DNA from: a virus
Taxonomy: Duplodnaviria; Heunggongvirae; Uroviricota; Caudoviricetes
Reading direction: 5' to 3' (one strand)
DNA length: 64,000 nucleotides
IMG/VR virus record: IMGVR_UViG_3300012286_000299
Location: 109,277 to 173,276 of that record
Program-made: the position numbers and the translations under genes
In this document: piece after piece, positions 38,609 to 48,504 of the stretch
Layout: every line of letters starts with the position of its first letter
Position numbering within the stretch: position 1 is the first letter of the stretch
The notes under the pieces: model-generated
Database searches by the model: none
Seen by the model: the letters and a program-made list of their open reading frames with translations, nothing else
Told to the model about the DNA's origin: nothing

Positions 38609-38920
38609 ATGAAAGCCAAAAAAATGACCTTAAGGGATTTAGATGAACTAATTGATTTCTCTGAAAATGAACCTGATCAAATTCATAATCAGACCTACAA
38701 AATGTTAAACCAAGAATGGAATAAGAATAAAAAATTCTCCATAGTTGACTTGTTTGTAGTTGAATTAACTGATGATGATGAAATGGAAGAGGTTATTTTA
38801 ACAGTTCAAGAACATGAATGGGAACGAGCCTTAGAATTAGGATTAGAACATTTTGAATCAGTTGAAAATTATGAAATGTGTGCTAAAGTTAAAAAATTAT
38901 TAGAAACAATTACTTTATAA
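38609..38920 (+). CDS. small protein with C-terminal UVR-like motif
   Basis: VENYEMCAKVKKLLETI. Confidence 0.45.
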   Translation: MKAKKMTLRDLDELIDFSENEPDQIHNQTYKMLNQEWNKNKKFSIVDLFVVELTDDDEMEEVILTVQEHEWERALELGLEHFESVENYEMCAKVKKLLETITL

Positions 38921-38952
38921 TATTTATATCATATAATTTAAACTAATATAAA

Positions 38953-39429
38953 ATGAATAACGACTTTAACTTAAAACAATTCCTTACTGAAGGAAAATTA
39001 TTGAAAGAAAGTAAAGAAACTTTTAATACTCCTGAAGATTTAGCTGATTTTCTTAATCAGCATAAAGAAGAATTCTTTAATGAATTTAATACAGATGTTA
39101 TAATGTATGTAGTAGATGCCTTTGGGCCATTTGACGTTGATGGTGAAAATATAGATAACGAATGGGTTGAGGATCACTGGGATCATGAAAATATTAAAAA
39201 TTTTATTAAAAAATATTGGATGAAACCTGAAATGAAATTTGAAGTTGTAGATTTAGATACAGCAGAGGGTAATTTTCCTATAGTAAGTATATCTTGGCCC
39301 GGGTCCGATACTGATGTAGATATGTCAGGATATACATGGTTCCAAAATACTCCTGATACTGATACATCTTTTGGAGGTGATAAAACTGTAAACTTTTTAG
39401 GTAGAAAATTTTGGTATGATTATAATTAA
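38953..39429 (+). CDS. hypothetical acidic protein
   Basis: ORF; hairpin ggctccctaagggagcc downstream. Confidence 0.5.
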   Translation: MNNDFNLKQFLTEGKLLKESKETFNTPEDLADFLNQHKEEFFNEFNTDVIMYVVDAFGPFDVDGENIDNEWVEDHWDHENIKNFIKKYWMKPEMKFEVVDLDTAEGNFPIVSISWPGSDTDVDMSGYTWFQNTPDTDTSFGGDKTVNFLGRKFWYDYN

Positions 39430-39507
39430 ACTAAAATTTACATATAAAAATTTGGCTCCCTAAGGGAGCCTTTGTATATTTAACATTATAAATTTAAAAC
39501 AATAAAA

Positions 39508-39711
39508 ATGAGTTATTTCCAAGTAAACGTGTCTATTATAGACACAAATGACAAAGGTAAACAAACTAAAGTTACCGAACAATACCTAGTTGACGCTGTA
39601 AGTGTAACTGATGCCGAAGTAAAAGTTACTAAAATGTACGAAGACGAAGGTGGAAGCGTTGATTTCCAAGTTAAAAGTGTTAAGGAAACTAAGATCTTAC
39701 AGGTAATTTAA
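39508..39711 (+). CDS. small hypothetical protein
   Basis: ORF. Confidence 0.45.
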   Translation: MSYFQVNVSIIDTNDKGKQTKVTEQYLVDAVSVTDAEVKVTKMYEDEGGSVDFQVKSVKETKILQVI

Positions 39712-39747
39712 TACCCGTCCCTATTTATATCCCTCCATATATACGCC

Positions 39748-39951
39748 ATGAAACACCTATTTAAACACAACGACAAACTCTATGTTATCATACGCGATAT
39801 GGCTATGCACAATTTTGAAAACAAAAATGGTAGCATTAACATGGAGGTACTCAAAGCATGGAGGGATCATATGGGGTGCGATCACGTTTTAAGACACAAC
39901 GACCGTTATTTATTAGTACAAACAATACAAGACGCAATAATAGAAGAATAG
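39748..39951 (+). CDS. small hypothetical protein
   Basis: ORF. Confidence 0.45.
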   Translation: MKHLFKHNDKLYVIIRDMAMHNFENKNGSINMEVLKAWRDHMGCDHVLRHNDRYLLVQTIQDAIIEE

Positions 39952-39953
39952 TT

Positions 39954-40157
39954 ATGGCAAGTGAATTTATAAATCACATGAAGGGTAAATACCCGGAATT
40001 AGATATAGACACGATTGTTAAATTAGTTAACCAAAATGTTAACAGTATTCAAACTCATACTAAAAATCCTAACAAACAAATATCTGTTCCATTAGGATGT
40101 GACATGAATAAAAATTTGATAATCAAAACTATTTCAGAATATTTAAAAAAAGATTAA
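39954..40157 (+). CDS. small hypothetical protein
   Basis: Start chosen at AGTTATGGCA rather than the overlapping start at 39858. Confidence 0.4.
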   Translation: MASEFINHMKGKYPELDIDTIVKLVNQNVNSIQTHTKNPNKQISVPLGCDMNKNLIIKTISEYLKKD

Positions 40158-40158
40158 A

Positions 40159-40410
40159 ATGAAAACAGTAATTAAATACGGAGCAGCATGGTGCGGGCCT
40201 TGTAAGGTTTATGCCCCTAAATTTGCTCAAGCACAAAGTGAAATTTCAGGAGTTAATTTCCAATCAGTAGATGTTGATTCGGGTGATCCAAGAATTGTTG
40301 AACATGGAATTAGAAACGTTCCTACTACAGTGGTAATTGATGAGAATGGAAGCGTTCGTAAACAAACAGGTGTTATGAGTGTAGACCAATTAAGAGCGTT
40401 CATAGGGTAA
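40159..40410 (+). CDS. thioredoxin
   Basis: WCGPC active site; 83 aa. Confidence 0.8.
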   Translation: MKTVIKYGAAWCGPCKVYAPKFAQAQSEISGVNFQSVDVDSGDPRIVEHGIRNVPTTVVIDENGSVRKQTGVMSVDQLRAFIG

Positions 40411-40434
40411 TATTTATTACCATACACTAAACTT

Positions 40435-41658
40435 ATGGCTCAATTAAAAGATATATTACCTCAAATACCTAAAGATGAATTAGCGATTTTAAAATCATTA
40501 AATCAGGAATTAGGAAAAGAATTAACAGAAGCAACTGCTAAAGAAACTGCTCAAGCTGTTAAAACAATAATTAAAGGATGGAAAGGTTGGTCACAGGCCA
40601 TGTTAGCAGCAATGCTATTAACACCAAATATATCTAATGCCTTAGAGACATACGCACCTGATACTTTAGATGCAATTAAAACTGAAATATCAGGAGAAAA
40701 ATCAAGTGAAATTAAAGGTAACCCAACTGCTGTTAAAACAGTAGACTTCTCACAAACCTTTTCTTCAGGGCAATCAGAAATTGTTAATAAACAAGTTATA
40801 CTTGAGAAAGTTAATGATTTGAAAAAATGGATAAGTGAAAATAAAACTAAACCATTTAAAATTGTAATCACAGCTAGCGAATCAAGAGTACCAAATCAAG
40901 CAGGATTTGAAGAAGGTGAATTGGCTCAAGCAAGAGGTGAAGCAATTAAAGCCGTAGTTGACAATTTAGGAGCACAAGATGTTGAAATCAAATCATTAGT
41001 AGGTGGACCTGCTTGGGATGGTAAAAACAAAGATGATGTTAAATATACTAAACACCAATACATTAAAGTTAGTATAGTAATTGATACAGAAAGTATCTGT
41101 ACTATGAATAGTATTGATGATACAGGTAAACAAGGTAATTCAACCAACAACTTTAGAACATATGATGAGTATCTAAGTGGAGATGGTAATATAACACTTC
41201 ATACAGGAACAATACCTGATAGAATGATTGTATTGGATGAAAATGATAATATCACACACGATACAGGATATGTAGCAACTGATGAGACTAATGCTCAAAG
41301 TGGGTATCAAGAATGGAATTACGTTCCAATTTATGTTTTAAAATTAACTAAATTGAAATCTAATCAAACTGTAATGGGATCAAATGTAGAAACCATTAAA
41401 GTAACATCTTATGAAGATTTAGTTAACAAAATGTTAAAACCAGGAGCTAAACAAGCTAAAAGTGATACTGTAGATAAAGCATTAGAAGAGTTAAAATCAA
41501 TGGTTGAAAGTGGGGTTAAAGAATTTGTTATTTATAAAGTAGGAACAGGTGATTTAAAAGTCGAGTTCATGAATAATAAAGGAGATACTAAAGTGCAAAT
41601 ATTCTCACCCGTTGGTAAAACAGGGTTCAGTTTAAAAGGACAATGTACTAGAATATAA
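40435..41658 (+). CDS. hypothetical protein (407 aa)
   Basis: ORF followed by hairpin + promoter box. Confidence 0.55.
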   Translation: MAQLKDILPQIPKDELAILKSLNQELGKELTEATAKETAQAVKTIIKGWKGWSQAMLAAMLLTPNISNALETYAPDTLDAIKTEISGEKSSEIKGNPTAVKTVDFSQTFSSGQSEIVNKQVILEKVNDLKKWISENKTKPFKIVITASESRVPNQAGFEEGELAQARGEAIKAVVDNLGAQDVEIKSLVGGPAWDGKNKDDVKYTKHQYIKVSIVIDTESICTMNSIDDTGKQGNSTNNFRTYDEYLSGDGNITLHTGTIPDRMIVLDENDNITHDTGYVATDETNAQSGYQEWNYVPIYVLKLTKLKSNQTVMGSNVETIKVTSYEDLVNKMLKPGAKQAKSDTVDKALEELKSMVESGVKEFVIYKVGTGDLKVEFMNNKGDTKVQIFSPVGKTGFSLKGQCTRI

Positions 41659-41662
41659 AAAG

Positions 41663-41695
41663 AGGCTTGTTAATTCAAGCCTTTCTTCGTATATT
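41663..41695 (+). promoter_or_regulatory. terminator hairpin (aggcttg-ttaatt-caagcct) fused to promoter box TTCTTCGTATATT
   Basis: The T-run of the terminator is the 5' end of the promoter motif. Confidence 0.5.
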
Positions 41696-41718
41696 ATATC
41701 AAATTAAAATAATAAGTT

Positions 41719-42327
41719 ATGGAAGTTAAAATCTACAGAGAGCCTGAAAATGAAGCTCTAATATTGGATGAAGAACAATTAGCAGAATATCATGAATTAA
41801 CTGCTGAGTTGGGTCTTCAAGTTGTTGATCAGCAAGAACAAAAAGTACCAAACGTTTATACATTTCTAAACTCTGCTATGACTAAACAATTACATGCTAT
41901 ATGTCCTAGACATTTAAAAGTGGAAGAGTATAAAAAATCTACTATACCTGTAGAGGTATTGAAAGTGTTAAAGTTTGCTAAAGAACAAAACATGTATGAA
42001 GGTTATGAAATTTGGTATAATGATGTTGAACCAGATCCACTGTTAATTGGATGGAATTATTCAAATGATAGAGCTAGAGAAAACAATTATGATTGGCAAA
42101 AAGATAGATTCTTAATGGCTCGTTGGGGTGATTGCGCTATGGAATTACCTGAATTACTACAAGTAGGATTTGATAAGTTAAAACAAGAATTAATTGATAA
42201 AGCTAAACAAGCCATATCAACTTGCAAATCAGTAATAGAAGACCCTGACATGTATGTTAGAAAAGTGTTGAGTGATCAATCTGCTAACATCGATTTAACT
42301 ACTACTTCATCAAACACAATTTATTAA
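41719..42327 (+). CDS. hypothetical protein
   Basis: ORF. Confidence 0.5.
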   Translation: MEVKIYREPENEALILDEEQLAEYHELTAELGLQVVDQQEQKVPNVYTFLNSAMTKQLHAICPRHLKVEEYKKSTIPVEVLKVLKFAKEQNMYEGYEIWYNDVEPDPLLIGWNYSNDRARENNYDWQKDRFLMARWGDCAMELPELLQVGFDKLKQELIDKAKQAISTCKSVIEDPDMYVRKVLSDQSANIDLTTTSSNTIY

Positions 42328-42328
42328 T

Positions 42329-42925
42329 ATGAAATTCAAATCACAACAAGCTTTTAATTATCACGAATTAAAAGGGTTATATCCTTACATTAAAGGTACA
42401 AAAGGTTTTATAGCAGGAGGATGCTTCAAAGACATATTTGCAGGTAACAAAGCTAGAGACATTGATGTTTTCTTTGAAAATGAAAGCGACTATAAAAAGG
42501 CTGTAAAACTTTATAAAACCAAAAATAATTTTAAGAAAATATACTCAAACGACAACTGTACAGGGTATAGAGATCTTAAAAACAATGTTGGAGTTGAATT
42601 AGTTAAATCAATATTTGGAACACCTGAAGCGGTGTTGGAGCAATTCGATTTTACTATTGTAAAAGCAGCTTACTATAACCCACCTACAGACGAGCAAGAA
42701 ATTCAATTCATATTTCACCCTGACTTTTTTGAGCATTTGCTTCTTAAAAGATTAGTTTTAGATGATGCTATACCTAGAGCTGTAGCAACACTTAACAGAA
42801 GTTGGAAATATGCTGCTTATGGATTTGGGTTGTGTAGAGAAAGTAAAGTTAAATTATCAAATGAGATTATCAACAAAGGAGTTGTTGATGACATTAATGG
42901 AGATTTATATTTTGGATATGACTAA
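42329..42925 (+). CDS. Pol-beta-superfamily nucleotidyltransferase, paralog of the CCA-adding-enzyme head domain
   Basis: AGGCFKDIFAGNKARDIDVFF parallels GGCVRDRLLGVKTKDIDFVF of ORF 43443 (GGxxxDxxxGxxxxDxD). Confidence 0.5.
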   Translation: MKFKSQQAFNYHELKGLYPYIKGTKGFIAGGCFKDIFAGNKARDIDVFFENESDYKKAVKLYKTKNNFKKIYSNDNCTGYRDLKNNVGVELVKSIFGTPEAVLEQFDFTIVKAAYYNPPTDEQEIQFIFHPDFFEHLLLKRLVLDDAIPRAVATLNRSWKYAAYGFGLCRESKVKLSNEIINKGVVDDINGDLYFGYD

Positions 42926-42944
42926 TAAAATATATAGAATGTAT

Positions 42945-43403
42945 GGGTTAGTTCCATACAATATTAGCCCAATTCAGCAAGCTATTCAATATGGACATGC
43001 AGTTGTTGAGTATTTGAACAGTTATTTTAATGAACCTGACTGTACTGAGTGGAGATTGAATGATAAAACATTTATTATCTTAAATGGGGGTACAACTAAC
43101 AAATCATATTCAGAGTTTGGTACATTAAATAAACATCAACAGACGTTAAAATTTGCTGGAGTACGTAATGCTAGTTTTTTTGAACCTGATTTAGGAAATC
43201 AATTAACAGCAGTTGTCTTCTTGGTTGATGAAAGAGTTTATGATAAAAAGATGTGGCCTGATTATAATGGGTTATGTTACATGGATGGAACACCTGATGA
43301 AACAGAGTATTATACTTGGAAAATGCAATTTGCTGAAACTGAAGAAGAAGTAAACCAAATATTATTTTTAAGAGATTTCTTAAAACAATTTAGATTGGCT
43401 TAA
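42945..43403 (+). CDS. hypothetical protein (weak peptidyl-tRNA-hydrolase-2-like AQ.GHA pattern)
   Basis: Internal ATG after the 42329 stop preferred over the overlapping start at 42810; the functional resemblance is weak. Confidence 0.35.
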   Translation, partial: GLVPYNISPIQQAIQYGHAVVEYLNSYFNEPDCTEWRLNDKTFIILNGGTTNKSYSEFGTLNKHQQTLKFAGVRNASFFEPDLGNQLTAVVFLVDERVYDKKMWPDYNGLCYMDGTPDETEYYTWKMQFAETEEEVNQILFLRDFLKQFRLA

Positions 43404-43442
43404 CTAAAAATTCTTCGTATATTAAATCAAAATTAAAAGGTT

Positions 43443-44180
43443 ATGCCAAAATTATTTAAAGTAGGAGGATGTGTTAGAGATAGGTTGCTAGGAGTAAAGA
43501 CAAAAGATATTGACTTTGTATTTGTTCTAGATGATCTAAACAAAACAGTTGAAGAAGGATTTCAAGAGATGAAATCTTGGATGGAGAATGAAGGATTTAC
43601 AATATTCCTATCAGTCCCTGAAATGTACACAATCAGAGCTAAATTCCCACCTGACCATAAATTCGCTAAATTAGATGCTGACTTTGTAATGGCTCGTAAA
43701 GAAACTGGTTATGAAGAAGGAACAAGACGTCCTGTTTTAGAATTAGGAACTCTTGAAGATGATTTGGTTCGTAGAGACTTCACAGTTAATGCTATGGCTG
43801 AGGATGAGGATGGAAACATTATTGATATGTTCAATGGATTAGAAGATTTAGATTTTATGTTACTTCGTACTCCATTAGATCCAAAAGATACATTCATGGA
43901 TGATCCTTTGAGAATCTTACGTGCATTGAGATTTGTAATTACAAAAGGATTTACAATGTACGTAGATGTTTGGGAAGCAATACAACAACCACACATCCTA
44001 GCCAAACTAACTCAAACTGTAAGCAGTGAGAGAATAAGAGAAGAGGTATTAAAGATGATGGCTGTAGATACTCCAAGAACAATTCGATTGTTAATAGATA
44101 TTGATAATGAAGTGCCAGGATTTTTAGAAGTAGTATTCAAAGAAGGATTGTGGTTAAAACCAACATTTGAAAAAATATAG
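43443..44180 (+). CDS. tRNA nucleotidyltransferase/poly(A) polymerase family protein (CCA-adding-enzyme-like head+neck)
   Basis: FKVGGCVRDRLLGVKTKDIDFVFV class-II NTase signature; RDFTVNAM motif. Confidence 0.7.
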   Translation: MPKLFKVGGCVRDRLLGVKTKDIDFVFVLDDLNKTVEEGFQEMKSWMENEGFTIFLSVPEMYTIRAKFPPDHKFAKLDADFVMARKETGYEEGTRRPVLELGTLEDDLVRRDFTVNAMAEDEDGNIIDMFNGLEDLDFMLLRTPLDPKDTFMDDPLRILRALRFVITKGFTMYVDVWEAIQQPHILAKLTQTVSSERIREEVLKMMAVDTPRTIRLLIDIDNEVPGFLEVVFKEGLWLKPTFEKI

Positions 44181-44182
44181 TT

Positions 44183-44404
44183 ATGGAGAATTTTAGATTA
44201 CAAGCACTAGAAAGACGTGCTGAGGAACTAGTATTGGAATTAAGGGAACAAGGATTAATCAATCCAGATTTTGAATTGATCGGAGCAATAATATTTAATA
44301 AGTATAAGGGCTCTGAAGATAGGTTTAATGACCTTATTGGTAATATTGTAGAATTGAGAAAAGAAGCAGAAGACTTCCTTAAAAAACTAAAAGATGATAA
44401 ATAA
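44183..44404 (+). CDS. small coiled-coil protein
   Basis: ORF. Confidence 0.4.
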   Translation: MENFRLQALERRAEELVLELREQGLINPDFELIGAIIFNKYKGSEDRFNDLIGNIVELRKEAEDFLKKLKDDK

Positions 44405-44996
44405 TATAGAACAAATAAAAGGATTGCTTCATTTTGAAGCACCAGGTGATTTTTATATGTTATACGTTTTTAAACGTAAGAAAGATCAGCCTGAAGGTGA
44501 AAGAGATAATCATCAATCAGTACGAACAATTAAGACATACTGTATTGAAAGTATCGATCACTTGGAAAGACGTTATGATGAGATCATACAACTGTGTGAA
44601 ATGTTTAAAGCAAGAGCTTATATTCACGTACAGAAACAGAACCATGCAGATGTATCATTGGAAATGATGATGGCACTTGCTCAACGTATTAAGAACGGAC
44701 AGCCAAATCAAAAAGGTTTATTCGATTCTGTTGTAGGTCAAATCAAGACTCAAGAAAAGAGATGGATTGTTGACATTGATACAAAAGATTTTGACTATGT
44801 GAAGAATGTACATGACTTTATCAATACTTTACAACCTGCAGGGCATAAAACTGAAGCTATTGTACCTACTAAGAATGGTTGTCATTTAATTACTTGTAAG
44901 TTTAATGTAATGGAATTTGCAAAACAATTCCCGGATGTTGATATACAGAAAAAGAATCCAACTTTATTATACTATCCTGATAGTTTGGATTTTTAA
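44394..44996 (+). CDS. hypothetical protein (possible phosphoesterase, HxTx motif)
   Basis: AGHKTEA HxTx-like motif; context among tRNA-related genes. Confidence 0.4.
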   Translation: MINNIEQIKGLLHFEAPGDFYMLYVFKRKKDQPEGERDNHQSVRTIKTYCIESIDHLERRYDEIIQLCEMFKARAYIHVQKQNHADVSLEMMMALAQRIKNGQPNQKGLFDSVVGQIKTQEKRWIVDIDTKDFDYVKNVHDFINTLQPAGHKTEAIVPTKNGCHLITCKFNVMEFAKQFPDVDIQKKNPTLLYYPDSLDF

Positions 44997-45037
44997 ATTA
45001 AACTTCGTATATTTAATCAAATAAAAAGATAAAGGTT

Positions 45038-45490
45038 ATGAAATTAAAAGAAAAGTTATTTGCTGACTTCATCACAGCAATGAAAGCTAAAGATGAAGTA
45101 GCTAAATCTGCCTTAAGTAGTGTTAAAGCCAAAATTATTGAAGCTGAAAAAGCAGCTGGTAATTGGGAACCTACAGATAGTGAAGTGTTAAAGATTATAA
45201 TCAAAGCTATTAAACAACGTGAAGAATCACAAGCTATATTTTTTAGTTCAGGCAGGATTCAACTTTCAATAGACGAAGCCAATGAAGCATCTGTACTGAG
45301 AAATTATTTACCCCAACAAATGACTGAAGTTGAAATTGAAAATGCAATACGCACAATTTCATCTGATATAATTGGTGTTGTTAATAATATGCAGGCCCTG
45401 AAAGGTAAAGTTATTGGTGAATTCAATAAACAATATAATGGGCAAGCTGATATAAATTTGGTAAAGCAAATTGTAGAGCGTATATTATGA
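45038..45490 (+). CDS. GatB/YqeY-domain protein
   Basis: ~150 aa; YqeY pattern (KAKD...LSxVKAKIIEAEK...VLRNYLPQQMTE...ALKGKVIGEF). Confidence 0.6.
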   Translation: MKLKEKLFADFITAMKAKDEVAKSALSSVKAKIIEAEKAAGNWEPTDSEVLKIIIKAIKQREESQAIFFSSGRIQLSIDEANEASVLRNYLPQQMTEVEIENAIRTISSDIIGVVNNMQALKGKVIGEFNKQYNGQADINLVKQIVERIL

Positions 45491-45666
45491 AAACAGTTTT
45501 AAGATTAATAAGTCGTGAGGGTAGTGACTTCATTGAAGTCCCAAACCCTTATAATATGACTCCAAGAAAAGACGATAATTTCGTTTGGAAAGAAAAATGT
45601 TATGTAGTTGATTGGGTTGAGTTTGATTTTGACACAAACACACTTTATATAATTTCAGTAAAATAA
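45487..45666 (+). CDS. small protein (59 aa)
   Basis: ATGA overlap with the YqeY stop; fills the gap before the ligase. Confidence 0.35.
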   Translation: MKTVLRLISREGSDFIEVPNPYNMTPRKDDNFVWKEKCYVVDWVEFDFDTNTLYIISVK

Positions 45667-45668
45667 TT

Positions 45669-46790
45669 ATGACAAAATTTCCAGCGTTGTATAAACGTTC
45701 AAACAGTAAAGACCACATTAATGAGTGGCAAATCGAAGTTGATGGTTGTATGTTTAGAACTACAACTGGGTTTGTAGGTATGAAAATGTTTACAGGCGAT
45801 TGGACAGTATGTTCTCCTAAAAATATTGGGAAGAAAAACGGAACCACTGCAGAACAACAAGCATTAGCTGAAGCTCAAGCGCTATGGCAAAAACGTAAAG
45901 ATTTAGGTTATTGGGAGGACGTTAATGACTGTGATAAGAAAGTATTCTTCCAACCTATGTTGGCACAAGACTATGATAAACGTAAAGGTAAAATCAAATA
46001 CCCTATCTTATCACAACCTAAATTAGATGGTGTTAGATGTGTCATTAAATCAGACGGAATGTGGTCTCGTAATGGTAAAGAAATTATATCTGCACCACAT
46101 ATATTTGAGAATCTAAAGCATATCTTCGAGAGTCAACCTGACCTAGTGTTAGACGGTGAGTTATATACTTCAGATAGGAGCGTTGATTTTAACACAATTA
46201 TTTCATGTGTTAGAAAGACAAAACCAACACAAGATGATTTAGATATGTCACAACAATACATAGAGTATTGGATGTATGATATAGTAAATGATAAGGATCA
46301 AGGTTATGAAGAGCGATATGAAGATTTAATTGACTTGATGTTGAATTACAAATTAGATACTTTATTGTTTCATGTAGTAGCTACTTATGAACTGCCTGAT
46401 GAAAAACACGTTATTGACCAGTTAAGTCATTACCTTGAACAAGGTTTTGAAGGGCAAATACTACGTGAATGTAATTCGTTTTATGAAAATAAACGCTCAA
46501 ATGGTTTATTAAAGCATAAAATATTTCATGATGAAGAATTTAAAATTCTAGCTATCAATGAAGGTGTAGGTAAATTTGCTAATAAAGCTGCTACAATGTC
46601 GTTTCAAACATCAATTGGTGTTAAATTTGATGCTACTATTAATGGTACTATGGCTTATTTAGAAGAAATTTGGGCTAATAAAGACAATTTAATAGGTAAG
46701 TTAGCAACTGTTAAGTATTTTGAAGAAACTACTGATGGTTCACTACGTTTTCCTAAAGTAATTAATATTGATAGAGCTAGTTATGAATAA
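45669..46790 (+). CDS. ATP-dependent DNA ligase
   Basis: Motif I KLDGVRC; DGELY (III); EGQILR (IV); LLKHK (V). Confidence 0.85.
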   Translation: MTKFPALYKRSNSKDHINEWQIEVDGCMFRTTTGFVGMKMFTGDWTVCSPKNIGKKNGTTAEQQALAEAQALWQKRKDLGYWEDVNDCDKKVFFQPMLAQDYDKRKGKIKYPILSQPKLDGVRCVIKSDGMWSRNGKEIISAPHIFENLKHIFESQPDLVLDGELYTSDRSVDFNTIISCVRKTKPTQDDLDMSQQYIEYWMYDIVNDKDQGYEERYEDLIDLMLNYKLDTLLFHVVATYELPDEKHVIDQLSHYLEQGFEGQILRECNSFYENKRSNGLLKHKIFHDEEFKILAINEGVGKFANKAATMSFQTSIGVKFDATINGTMAYLEEIWANKDNLIGKLATVKYFEETTDGSLRFPKVINIDRASYE

Positions 46791-47163
46791 GTTTATATTA
46801 ACAATATTATTAATGAGCAGTATGTTGTGTACTGCTCAGTTTTTTAACAGTGATTTAGATAGAAGATATTTTTATCATTGGGAATCAGTTAATCCACAAC
46901 AGAATGATATGGAAATTATTATTCATAGAGAAAGTGGTAAAGCTAGGGTAACTGAAATTAAATTTGAGAAAGAAGGTAAATTAGGACAAGCTGTTGTTTA
47001 TACTACAGTTTATGTTTGTAAAAATAGAAAAGGTAAAATGGTAGTTGAAACTATTGATCCATCTACATTACAAATCATAGATAGTGAGTATATTCTCACT
47101 AAGGATAAAAAGTTATTGAGAATAACACAAAACGATACTATTACATTTCAAAGGCGATATTAA
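46783..47163 (+). CDS. secreted protein (signal peptide)
   Basis: MNKFILTILLMSSMLCTAQ signal peptide; start overlaps the ligase stop. Confidence 0.5.
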   Translation: MNKFILTILLMSSMLCTAQFFNSDLDRRYFYHWESVNPQQNDMEIIIHRESGKARVTEIKFEKEGKLGQAVVYTTVYVCKNRKGKMVVETIDPSTLQIIDSEYILTKDKKLLRITQNDTITFQRRY

Positions 47164-47433
47164 ATGGAAAAAACAGGTAATACTGAGAAACTCAAATACA
47201 CATTTGAAACTGCAGCTAATTTAGAAGTGTTTATGCCTAATTTAAACGATTGGTATAGAGTTACAGCAAGAGAATTTCGCTCATTTAATGGAAAAAGACG
47301 TATAAACAACGTTGAGTATAATGGTGATATATACTTGTATGGAACCAATAAATTAATCGATTTAAACACAGAGATTCAAGGGAAAATAGCAGGTTATAGT
47401 TGGGTTTCTAAAAGAAGAGCAGGAGAGGATTAG
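47164..47433 (+). CDS. hypothetical protein
   Basis: ORF. Confidence 0.45.
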   Translation: MEKTGNTEKLKYTFETAANLEVFMPNLNDWYRVTAREFRSFNGKRRINNVEYNGDIYLYGTNKLIDLNTEIQGKIAGYSWVSKRRAGED

Positions 47434-47484
47434 AATTATTAAAACTTTCTTCGTATATTTAAGTATAATTTTAAAAATAAAATA

Positions 47485-47679
47485 ATGTTAGAAAAAATTG
47501 GAACAGTTATTGGATTATTAGTTGTAGTAGCAGTATTATTGGCTTGGCCAGTCCAGTTACTATGGAATGGTTGTTTAGTTGGAGCAGTTGATGGAGTACA
47601 TCCAATTGGCTTTTGGCAAGCAATGGGGTTAAATTTCTTGTTTGGTATGTTATTTAAATCATCTAGTTCAAGTAAGTAA
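47485..47679 (+). CDS. small membrane protein
   Basis: Promoter box at 47450; TM helices. Confidence 0.5.
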   Translation: MLEKIGTVIGLLVVVAVLLAWPVQLLWNGCLVGAVDGVHPIGFWQAMGLNFLFGMLFKSSSSSK

Positions 47680-47897
47680 TGAGTGGTAAAATAACAAAAA
47701 TTCAGGAAAAAGTACCTCAAGAGACTACACTACCTGATGGAACATATACCGGAACGTGGGGTGGATACACCATTGACGTTAGGTACAAGGACAAGTCTTA
47801 TGAACTTACTACTGAAGAAGGAGTAAGAGGAATGGGATTCAAAGTAGTAGTTCATATTGTGGACGGAGTAGCAACATTCACATCAACAAATAATTAA
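47679..47897 (+). CDS. hypothetical protein
   Basis: ORF. Confidence 0.45.
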   Translation: MSGKITKIQEKVPQETTLPDGTYTGTWGGYTIDVRYKDKSYELTTEEGVRGMGFKVVVHIVDGVATFTSTNN

Positions 47898-47899
47898 TT

Positions 47900-48133
47900 A
47901 TGAAGATATCAACAGGATGGAAAATAATATTATATGCTTTTGCAGTAATATTACTAATACAGGGTTTGGATTTATCATATTATTTGATGAATCAAAAAGA
48001 TAGTTACTTAGCTAACTTAGGGATAATAGCCTTAGTAGCAAATATTGCAGCTATAGGATATTGTTTAGTGCAAATAGTAACAAATGCTTTACAACACATT
48101 AAAGAACAAATTAAAAAAGAAGAACAGCCATGA
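47900..48133 (+). CDS. small membrane protein
   Basis: Two TM helices. Confidence 0.5.
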   Translation: MKISTGWKIILYAFAVILLIQGLDLSYYLMNQKDSYLANLGIIALVANIAAIGYCLVQIVTNALQHIKEQIKKEEQP

Positions 48134-48501
48134 TTATATTATTTTTATTAGTAATAGCTTTAGTTATAGGAATTATAATAGAGTGTATAAACATGGCTGA
48201 ACATGGAACACCCGCTAAAGATTCTGACATTTTAGAGATGTTAGAGAATTGTGAATCAAGTTATGAAGTAGAAAAAAAATGGAATGACAAATTCAAACTA
48301 AAAGCATCATATAGAACATTAGCACCTACTATACATCAAACACAGTATAGTGTTATATTTCCATATTATATAAGTGATGTAGGTGTTATTCCTATCTGGT
48401 ATAAGTCAGCAGGTAGAATTAGAAAAATATTTGAGGAAAAGATCTCTGCCTCAAAATATGATGTAACAAAGAGAGATAAATTAGGTTTAAATAAAAAATA
48501 A
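48130..48501 (+). CDS. membrane-anchored hypothetical protein
   Basis: N-terminal TM. Confidence 0.45.
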   Translation: MIILFLLVIALVIGIIIECINMAEHGTPAKDSDILEMLENCESSYEVEKKWNDKFKLKASYRTLAPTIHQTQYSVIFPYYISDVGVIPIWYKSAGRIRKIFEEKISASKYDVTKRDKLGLNKK

Positions 48502-48504
48502 GTT

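Noticed and set aside
44137-44442. Minus-strand ORF (101 aa), and 43709-44005 (98 aa)
   Set aside because: Antisense to the CCA-enzyme-like gene and the small downstream ORFs; all-plus-strand architecture; no promoter box on the minus strand.
45530-45847. Minus-strand ORF (105 aa)
   Set aside because: Overlaps the ligase N-terminus (KLDG frame on +) and the small coupled + ORF; no signals.
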